This document shows positions 51,604 to 57,495 of a stretch of 57,495 nt of DNA, one piece after another. The notes beneath the pieces are model-generated. The model was given only the letters and a program-made list of their open reading frames with translations, searched no databases and was not told where the DNA came from. The DNA comes from a virus (taxonomy: Duplodnaviria > Caudoviricetes), in IMG/VR virus record IMGVR_UViG_3300034071_002361, positions 1 to 57,495 of that record, one strand, 5' to 3'. The stretch's first letter is position 1, and every line of letters starts with the position of its first letter. A program made the translations under genes and the position numbers.

Positions 51604-52012
51604 CGCGGGTGCGAAGTACCCGACCTACGCCACAGGCGGCAGCGCCGGCCTCGACCTGTTCGCCAACGAGGACGTGACCGTCCCGGCCTTCGACCGCAAG
51701 CTGGTCCACACGGGCAACATCTTCCGCATCCCGCGCGGCTGGGCTGGTCTGGTGTGCAGTCGCAGCGGGCTCGCACTGAAGAGCGGGATCGAGGTGCTCA
51801 ATGCCCCCGGCATCATCGATAGCGACTACCGCGGCGAGGTTTGCGTGATCCTGTTCAACACCACTCGTCATCCGTTCGAGGTTCGTCGTGGTGACCGCAT
51901 CGCACAGATGGTCGTCACCCCGCACCTGTCGCCGTACTTCGATCGCGTCCTGACGGTCGACATGGACGAGACGATCCGCGGCGCCGGCGGCTTCGGGAGC
52001 ACCGGTCGATGA
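51554..52012 (+). CDS. dut: dUTPase
   Basis: AGLDL, SRSGLA, PGIIDSDYRGE, GDRIAQ, RGAGGFGSTG (all five motifs). Confidence 0.97.
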   Translation: MTTPESADQRLQIALTDAGAKYPTYATGGSAGLDLFANEDVTVPAFDRKLVHTGNIFRIPRGWAGLVCSRSGLALKSGIEVLNAPGIIDSDYRGEVCVILFNTTRHPFEVRRGDRIAQMVVTPHLSPYFDRVLTVDMDETIRGAGGFGSTGR

Positions 52013-52311
52013 TCTCTCTCCCGGTCATCTTCGGCCGGGCCGGAGAGGCGACCTGCCCGGACTACTACACGCAGGTCGCCGAACGCGCGGCGTCAACAGC
52101 GGAGGGGCGCAGCGGCAGGCTGTTCATCCGCATCGATGCAGCCGGCCGGTTCGTTGTCGACGACCATGCTGGTGAGCCGCGCTACTTGGTCATGGCGTTC
52201 GACAACGCATGCGACCCCGACCTGATCGCCTCGGAGATCATCGAGGCGGTCAAGTCGAGGGGCTTGGATTTTGGAAGCTTCAGGGGCAGGCCGAGAAGGG
52301 TGAAGCCATGA
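52009..52311 (+). CDS. Hypothetical protein
   Basis: ATGA overlap with dut. Confidence 0.55.
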   Translation: MISLPVIFGRAGEATCPDYYTQVAERAASTAEGRSGRLFIRIDAAGRFVVDDHAGEPRYLVMAFDNACDPDLIASEIIEAVKSRGLDFGSFRGRPRRVKP

Positions 52312-52652
52312 CGATCAAGGTGAAGGATATGCGGGCGGCAGCGAAGCGAATGCTGGACCGCGCCGTCGGAACAAAGATCGGCGTCTGGTGTCTTGTTGGA
52401 TGGGACGGTGAAGGCATCACGGCAAGCGACAAGGTGCGAAGCACGCTTCCGTGCGAGCGCGTCGAGGCTCGTGATGGTGAGGCTCTTGGCGATGTCGAGA
52501 TGCGACTGGCCATGGCCGCAATGCGCCTTCGATCGAAGATTGCCGATGCGCTGAGCAAGCCGCGCAAGGCGCAGCCAAGTCCACGAAAGCTGGGCAATCC
52601 GCTCGCGCGGAAGGGCATCTATCGCAGCCGCGAAAAGCCCGAGGGGAAGTAG
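52308..52652 (+). CDS. Hypothetical protein
   Basis: MTIKVKDMRAAA...; ATGA overlap. Confidence 0.55.
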   Translation: MTIKVKDMRAAAKRMLDRAVGTKIGVWCLVGWDGEGITASDKVRSTLPCERVEARDGEALGDVEMRLAMAAMRLRSKIADALSKPRKAQPSPRKLGNPLARKGIYRSREKPEGK

Positions 52653-52658
52653 GCTTCC

Positions 52659-52922
52659 ATGGGTCACAAGATTCACTACTACCACAGCGTGACCAAGGAA
52701 GAGAGGAAGCGCGCGTCGCGCAACGGCACAGCGCGCCGCCATGGTCCGACAGTGGTCTACGTCGATGGCAAGCCCGTCGTGTTGCAGAAAGTGGCGAAGG
52801 AGATGGGCGTCGAGTTCGATCGCCTGTCGAGGCGAGTGCAGCGCGCACGCGCCGCCGGAACAAAGCTCACCATGGAGCTGATCAGGCGACCTTTCCCCGG
52901 GCAGTGCAAAACACCATCTTGA
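52659..52922 (+). CDS. Small basic HTH-like protein
   Basis: VYVDGK.V.LQKVAKEMGV....L.RRV.R. Confidence 0.55.
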   Translation: MGHKIHYYHSVTKEERKRASRNGTARRHGPTVVYVDGKPVVLQKVAKEMGVEFDRLSRRVQRARAAGTKLTMELIRRPFPGQCKTPS

Positions 52923-53172
52923 TCGGGGCGCCCTCGCCGTAGCGGGGGCGTGGCGCGAAGTCGTTAGGGTCATAGGGCTGCGCCTTCCACCGGTCCTCGA
53001 GGTAGGCGGCTGCCGCGGCCCGTGCCTCGCCCTCCAGCCCGGACGCCTCGAGCGCAGCGCGCCACGCTTCCCGGGACCGGGGCTGGTAGGTCGCGATCCT
53101 GTGCCCGGCCAGCACCCCCTCGCAGTGGGCCTCAGACGCAACAGGCGGGCCGCTGCCGCGCTTACCCGCCAC
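52882..53172 (-). CDS. Hypothetical protein
   Basis: Last gene of the leftward operon; convergent overlap. Confidence 0.45.
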   Translation of the reverse strand: MAGKRGSGPPVASEAHCEGVLAGHRIATYQPRSREAWRAALEASGLEGEARAAAAAYLEDRWKAQPYDPNDFAPRPRYGEGAPIKMVFCTARGKVA

Positions 53173-53707
53173 GGGGCCACTCGCCCTTCAGGTAAACACG
53201 GATGGCCGACAGCGCCGCGTCTGCGCCGTAGGCGAAGCAGAACGCCTGCCCGCTGGACATGATCGCCCGGGCACGCTTGAGCTGGTCCTCGCTCGGCCTG
53301 CCGTCGCTGGCCTTCAGCTCGATCCACAGGCCGCCCATGGTGCGGCCGTCCTTCATCACCTGAAGGATCGGAAGAGCGTAGTCCGGCGTCCCCTTCTTCG
53401 CGCCCTGCCGCTTCATCTTCGCCGAGCGAATCATGCCGGCCTTGCCGGCTCCGCCCTCCATGGGCAAGTGCCACAGGTGCTCCTCCCACCACTGGCCTCG
53501 AGCCATGGCGACCAGCAGCTCGCCCTCCTGATCCTCGGTGCGGTACTTCCAGATCGGGACGTCAACCAGTGGCGGAAGATCGGTGACGTGCGGGATGTGC
53601 ACGCCGAACCTTCCGCGCATCTCCTTGGGCTGCATGCCCTGCGCCAGACGCTCGGCGTTTTCCTTCGACAGCTTCGCGCGCCGATAGCTCTTCGGGCTCC
53701 CGCTCAT
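53162..53707 (-). CDS. VRR-NUC family nuclease / Holliday-junction resolvase-like
   Basis: H.P.EG.......KMKRQGAKKGTPD....GLWIELKA.DGRPS.DQ. Confidence 0.85.
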   Translation of the reverse strand: MSGSPKSYRRAKLSKENAERLAQGMQPKEMRGRFGVHIPHVTDLPPLVDVPIWKYRTEDQEGELLVAMARGQWWEEHLWHLPMEGGAGKAGMIRSAKMKRQGAKKGTPDYALPILQVMKDGRTMGGLWIELKASDGRPSEDQLKRARAIMSSGQAFCFAYGADAALSAIRVYLKGEWPRGG

Positions 53708-53955
53708 TCCTTGCTCCGTGCGTTGTCAATAGCGGCGTCTAGCAGCCGTCGCACTCGGTCGATGTCTCCGCCGTCGAGCGTCGAGCATCCCCAAGCCTCG
53801 ACCAAGTATCGAAGCTCCGCCCGCGCTGCGTCGCGCCCGGCCTCAAGCTCGCGGATCACGGCGTCGGCATCATCCCAGAGGCAAGCATCGACTAGCTCGC
53901 CTTGGCTGCCGTCGCGGTGAATGTGCGCGGCTAGGAATCTCGTCAGCGGCTTCAC
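53704..53955 (-). CDS. Hypothetical protein
   Basis: GTG start after AAGGAG; ends LDAAIDNARSKE. Confidence 0.55.
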   Translation of the reverse strand: MKPLTRFLAAHIHRDGSQGELVDACLWDDADAVIRELEAGRDAARAELRYLVEAWGCSTLDGGDIDRVRRLLDAAIDNARSKE

Positions 53956-54182
53956 GGCGTCTCCTTCGGCGGCTCGGGCAATGGCATCCAGTGGGTCACT
54001 CGACCTGTAGCCGCAAGCTCTGAATCCCAAAAGCCAGTGAGGTATGACTGAACTACCACGTACCCGCGACTTTGGAAGTAAGGGTGTCTCGGATTGAATA
54101 TCAGCGTCCCAACGTCGTGCCACGTAAGTACCGGCGTACCTTTCGGCGCACTCTCAATCGGCATCCACTCAGCCACGATCAT
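53952..54182 (-). CDS. DUF551-like protein
   Basis: EWMPIESAPKG...VTHWMPLPEPP. Confidence 0.8.
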   Translation of the reverse strand: MIVAEWMPIESAPKGTPVLTWHDVGTLIFNPRHPYFQSRGYVVVQSYLTGFWDSELAATGRVTHWMPLPEPPKETP

Positions 54183-54534
54183 TCTCCTTCACCGCCGCGA
54201 GGGCGGGCACGACCGGGTGCGCCGTCCAGTGCGTGTGATAGCCGGGCCAGTCGTCGTCGTTCGGCGTCCCGATCCATGCCGCCTCTTCCACGGGCAGCTT
54301 CCACCAAGTCACCGGGCCGAAGTCCTCGCACCACTCGGACAGCGGGCGAGCCTCCACCACCCCGGCCTGCGCGTTCAGCGCGGCGGCGTCCTTCAACGCC
54401 TGCACCTTCTGCGGCAAGTCGGCATAGCTCCACAGCACGCCCATCGGTTGCGGCCCGTTCACGATGACTGAAATTTCTGCCAGCAACTTCGACAGCCGCT
54501 CGATCAAATACTCCTCCTCGGTTTGCTCGCTCAT
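54169..54534 (-). CDS. Conserved phage hypothetical protein
   Basis: RPLSEW.ED.GPV.WW..PV.E..W.GTP.D.DWPGYHTHWT. Confidence 0.7.
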   Translation of the reverse strand: MSEQTEEEYLIERLSKLLAEISVIVNGPQPMGVLWSYADLPQKVQALKDAAALNAQAGVVEARPLSEWCEDFGPVTWWKLPVEEAAWIGTPNDDDWPGYHTHWTAHPVVPALAAVKENDRG

Positions 54535-54692
54535 TGTCCGTGATCCTTCAAGATTTCATGCTTCGCAAGCTCAAGCGCGCCGATTGCTTCGGTCACGCTG
54601 AGTCCTGCGCCGTTCTCGTACACCGCCGCCTTGATCGCATCGACAAGGCGCTGCAAGTCGTGGCGTGCGCTTCCAAGTGCAACAACGCTCAC
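54531..54692 (-). CDS. Small hypothetical protein
   Basis: LVDAIKAAVYE...LSV.EAIGALELAK. Confidence 0.55.
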   Translation of the reverse strand: MSVVALGSARHDLQRLVDAIKAAVYENGAGLSVTEAIGALELAKHEILKDHGQ

Positions 54693-55069
54693 TTGCCCAC
54701 CCCCAGCGATGCGCGGATGCGCTGCCATGCGGCCTTGCGCTTCGGATTCCCATTGCAGTCCATCCACTCGCCCACCAGTGCCACATCCTCCGCGCTGGCC
54801 TGCGGCTGCGGGGTGGCGTAGAACTTGGTGCCAACGGGCGGCGGTGATTTATTCAGCCACTCGATTTGCACCAGCGCGAACTCGCTAGCTGCCGATTGCC
54901 ACGGCCCAAGGTCAGCGGCCACGACTTTCGCCACCGGCTCGGCCTGCGGCGCAGCAAGCATGGCCTCGACAATGCCTCGGCACTCTTCCGCCCAGTACCG
55001 CGAACGCTGGAACGTAGACAGGTCAAAGTCGCGGCGCATGTAGGCCACGCGCTTTTGCAGATCAGTCAC
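54689..55069 (-). CDS. Hypothetical protein (Eaa/DUF-type mosaic)
   Basis: AMLAAPQAEPVA...PPVGTKFYATPQP. Confidence 0.6.
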   Translation of the reverse strand: MTDLQKRVAYMRRDFDLSTFQRSRYWAEECRGIVEAMLAAPQAEPVAKVVAADLGPWQSAASEFALVQIEWLNKSPPPVGTKFYATPQPQASAEDVALVGEWMDCNGNPKRKAAWQRIRASLGVGK

Positions 55070-55451
55070 GGCACTCCTCCGTTGCGCGGATCACGCGCTG
55101 CTTGCGGCCGCTCTTGCCGAGCACGCGGTCGCCGGTGTCGATGATCAGGCCCTTGCGCAGCAGCGCGCTGAAGCGTGCCGTCAGGGTCGGGTAGGTGATC
55201 CACGGCAGCGCCTCGAGCAGGGCGTCCTGCGTCGTGCCCGCCTTGCCTGCGGCGCGGATCGCGACGAGCACCTTCTCTTCGACGCTCGAGGTGTCCACCG
55301 AGTAGGCGGCCTGCACGCTCGTGTCGCCAGCGTCAGCCCGGTGCAGCAGCGGCGCGTCGGTGCCGAGCACGACGCCGGTCAGCGCATCGATGGCGCGCTT
55401 GTTGTTCGCGGTACTGGCGATGATCTCGCCGATGGTTTTTCCCAGTGACAT
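55062..55451 (-). CDS. Winged-helix DNA-binding protein
   Basis: DTSVQAA...VL.AI...G.T...L.....T.TARFS.L..KGLI.DTG.R....GRKQ.V. Confidence 0.7.
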   Translation of the reverse strand: MSLGKTIGEIIASTANNKRAIDALTGVVLGTDAPLLHRADAGDTSVQAAYSVDTSSVEEKVLVAIRAAGKAGTTQDALLEALPWITYPTLTARFSALLRKGLIIDTGDRVLGKSGRKQRVIRATEECRD

Positions 55452-55471
55452 GTTCGCCTCCTTGTGGCGGA

Positions 55472-55723
55472 TTACTTGCGGCGCTTGCGCGGCAGCGGAT
55501 CTTCGCCGACCGCGTGCAGGACCAGAGCCCAGCTCGCTGCCGACGGGTACTTGTGCGACAGCGTTTTCTCGATCGCCTCCCATCGCTGCGCCGTTCGCTC
55601 GTTGACCATGGCCATCTCGGCGAGCTGCGCCTGAGTCAGGTCGTGGCGCTTGCGCAGCTTGCGCACATCCTCAGGCGACGGCGGCTGGTAGCTCTTCAGA
55701 ATGCTGACGGTCTTGTTGCTCAT
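55472..55723 (-). CDS. XRE-family HTH regulator
   Basis: PSPEDVRKLRKRHDLTQAQLAEM..VN.RT.QRWEA. Confidence 0.8.
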   Translation of the reverse strand: MSNKTVSILKSYQPPSPEDVRKLRKRHDLTQAQLAEMAMVNERTAQRWEAIEKTLSHKYPSAASWALVLHAVGEDPLPRKRRK

Positions 55724-55908
55724 GCGTTGTCGTCCAGTTTGTCGAGCAGGTCGTACCAGCGCTGCTTGCTGGTGAGATAGGAGGTGTCGAGGCCGGAGTG
55801 CCCTGACTCGACGAGGATGTCGCGGAAGCGCTTGGCATCCGACTCGGTGAAGGTGCCGCCCATCAGGTCGCGAAGCTGGGCGGGGTTCATGCTGCGGGAG
55901 ATGATCAT
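55720..55908 (-). CDS. Small hypothetical protein
   Basis: MIISRSMNPAQLRDLMG...; ATGA overlap with the XRE gene. Confidence 0.55.
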   Translation of the reverse strand: MIISRSMNPAQLRDLMGGTFTESDAKRFRDILVESGHSGLDTSYLTSKQRWYDLLDKLDDNA

Positions 55909-55910
55909 GC

Positions 55911-56153
55911 TCAGATCTCGTTGTAGTGTTTGAGGTAGCGGGGTTCGAGCCAAGCTGGGCAGTCGTGAATTCGCGACGCACGACGGTCGGTCTTTTTCGG
56001 CTGCCACTTGATGAACAGGCACCTGTTCCCCGGGAGGGTTGGCGGGCGCTCCTGAATAACCCCAACCCGACCCTTCAGTACGCGCTGCACATCGACCTTG
56101 AAATCCTCGATGTCGCGAATGACGACCTTGTCGCCGGGCTTGAACTCGCTCAC
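55911..56153 (-). CDS. Small SH3-like (KOW-type) protein
   Basis: EFKPGDKVVI...GRVGVI. Confidence 0.55.
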   Translation of the reverse strand: MSEFKPGDKVVIRDIEDFKVDVQRVLKGRVGVIQERPPTLPGNRCLFIKWQPKKTDRRASRIHDCPAWLEPRYLKHYNEI

Positions 56154-56440
56154 TGGTTGGCCTCGATGACGGCTCTGTCGTCTTTGACGGTGTACTTGAT
56201 CCCGACAGCGTCGAGCGCGTTGGTGATCTTCTTGAGGTTCTTCGCCCGCATCTCCGGCGTTTCCCTGATGTAGTGGTTGCCGGTGACCCAGTACGCACAG
56301 ACGTTTCCGTCCATGGCGCGGTAGACGCAGACGCCGCTGGTGTAGTCGCGCCACCCGCGGATGCGCGTAGAGCTTGAGGTGCTGGCCGGGACTCGCGCCC
56401 GGCGCATCGCGCCGCTGACTTTCTGCACGGTGATTGCCAT
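56150..56440 (-). CDS. Hypothetical protein
   Basis: MAITVQKVSGAMRRA...; AAGGAG SD. Confidence 0.6.
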   Translation of the reverse strand: MAITVQKVSGAMRRARVPASTSSSTRIRGWRDYTSGVCVYRAMDGNVCAYWVTGNHYIRETPEMRAKNLKKITNALDAVGIKYTVKDDRAVIEANQ

Positions 56441-56441
56441 C

Positions 56442-56630
56442 TCAGGACTCCTTGCCGACGCGGACGCGCAGGCCCTCGTTGATGCCGACGTACATGTGCG
56501 CATCCGGAGCATCCGACTTGGCGATCTTCTCGGCCGCATCGACAAGGAGGTTGGCAGCTGCGGTGTTGGTTTCGTAGATGACGGCGGCAAGCTTGCGGGC
56601 GCCGCCGGTCGTGGTCTTGATGTATTCCAT
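56442..56630 (-). CDS. Hypothetical protein, first gene after P4
   Basis: MEYIKTTTGG...; AAGGAG SD. Confidence 0.65.
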   Translation of the reverse strand: MEYIKTTTGGARKLAAVIYETNTAAANLLVDAAEKIAKSDAPDAHMYVGINEGLRVRVGKES

Positions 56631-56641
56631 GGGATCTCCTT

Positions 56642-56697
56642 CAGCGGCCCATCCGCTGGTGGCAGAAGCATAACACGGCACTAGGCCGTGCTGTCAA
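56642..56697 (-). promoter_or_regulatory. Early promoter P4 with operator and leader hairpin
   Basis: TTGACA (56697-56692), 19-bp spacer with CACGGC-N5-GCCGTG, TATGCT (56672-56667), hairpin CAGCGG-ATGGG-CCGCTG. Confidence 0.85.
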
Positions 56698-57307
56698 CAC
56701 CCCCGCCGCCATCCTGTCGCGCCCGCTCCTCGTCCGTCAGCCCGTCAGGTTCGTTGGCCCCGGGCAGGATCGAAGGCATGGCCATCAGCGTTGCGGCGAT
56801 CTCGTCGAGGGCGGACCTCACACGCTCCGGGCTCGCCGGCTTCGGCGGCGGCGCCTTCTGCTGAGACAGCGCCGGGACCGGGTCAGGAAGCGGCTGGCCG
56901 CGCACCACAGCGTCGCGCGCTTCGTCGTAGGCCTCGAGCAGCATCCGATCAGCGGCACGCCCCTCGGCCCGCCTGTAGGCGTGGGAGTCGATGTTCTGCC
57001 ACACCATGACGGCGAACGACGACCGGCCGCCGGCCGGGTTGGCCAGCTCGCGGCGCACCGCCGGCAGGCTGGGGATACCGAGGCACATGCAGCGGAAGCT
57101 GCCGACGCTCGGCGGGAAATCGCCCGGGCGGGCAGCGCAGCCGCGTAGGCCCTCGGCCAGCTGCTGGCCAGTGAGTCCGGCCAGTGCCTTCGCCCACGTG
57201 TCGGCCTGCATCGTCAGCTTGCCGTCCTCGCCGACCGGCGTAGGCCCGAGGTCACGAACCCACAGCCCGGGGTACATCGCGGTCATTCGCTCCCACAGGA
57301 TCGCCAT
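56681..57307 (-). CDS. Replication protein P-like (helicase loader)
   Basis: LWERMTAMY...W...W..ALAGLT..QL..GL..C.....FPPS...FR..C; directly downstream of the initiator; start may be further upstream (57433/57421). Confidence 0.75.
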   Translation of the reverse strand: MAILWERMTAMYPGLWVRDLGPTPVGEDGKLTMQADTWAKALAGLTGQQLAEGLRGCAARPGDFPPSVGSFRCMCLGIPSLPAVRRELANPAGGRSSFAVMVWQNIDSHAYRRAEGRAADRMLLEAYDEARDAVVRGQPLPDPVPALSQQKAPPPKPASPERVRSALDEIAATLMAMPSILPGANEPDGLTDEERARQDGGGGVDSTA

Positions 57308-57494
57308 GGTGCTCTTGGTCTGCGAGGTTGCCGTGCTCGCGGTGGTAGGCGGCGCACCGGTTGACCCACTCGAAATTGCTTTCGCCGCGGCGTCGTGCGA
57401 GTGGATTGGCTGGCTGGTCATTGGCGGCTCCATTGGGCTTGGCGTACTTCGTTGCGTTGATGATCCAGTTGCGGAAGGTGGCGCTCCAGTCCAG
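57252..57494 (-). CDS. Phage replication initiator, 3' part (continues from 1..523)
   Basis: LDWSATFRNWIINA... fits the conserved FR.YW...DW.AT.RNW C-terminal motif begun at window start. Confidence 0.8.
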   Translation of the reverse strand: MDWSATFRNWIINATKYAKPNGAANDQPANPLARRRGESNFEWVNRCAAYHREHGNLADQEHHGDPVGANDRDVPRAVGS

Positions 57495-57495
57495 C

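Larger units (their letters stand above)
1..57495. mobile_element. Near-complete podovirus-like dsDNA phage genome (circularly permuted)
   Basis: TerL, portal, capsid, lysis, replication and recombination modules are all present; one gene spans the end/start junction; no host housekeeping genes seen. Confidence 0.93.

Overview
The window is an almost complete, circularly permuted genome of a GC-rich tailed dsDNA phage. Its podovirus-like architecture includes a portal, scaffold, N4-gp56-like capsid, adaptor/nozzle and ejection proteins. Spanins and a SAR endolysin point to a Gram-negative host. The replication-initiator gene runs off base 1 and resumes at base 57494, with only a short piece missing at the junction. 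Layout: (i) leftward early genes (1-9269 and 52882-57495), driven by four related sigma70-like promoters that each carry a palindromic operator and a conserved leader hairpin, and including lambda O/P-like replication genes with iterons; (ii) a rightward late arm (9639-48516) with a PAS-domain membrane protein, SAR endolysin, split spanins, TerS, a tail-fibre/Ig-domain cluster, TerL, head and tail genes and a 3453-aa polyvalent ejection-type protein; (iii) a leftward RecE/RecT-like module facing a Cro-like gene and dUTPase. No integrase, CI-type repressor, DNA polymerase, tRNA or CRISPR array was recognised. Two candidate undescribed systems stand out. First, the giant protein is built from enzymatic modules (GGDEF, HExxxH peptidase, glycosylase-like, HDxxGH, two ART-like) separated by a repeated (P)LQSR junction, and three small genes with strong Shine-Dalgarno sites are overprinted in the +1 frame directly after three of the modules (possible nested immunity/inhibitor genes). 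Second, a ~70-nt late-leader RNA has two loops (GCCUCCUU and GGCCCAUCC) complementary to the SD and to the invariant GGAUGGGCC hairpin in five early leaders. All product calls come from motif recognition by eye, not from database searches.
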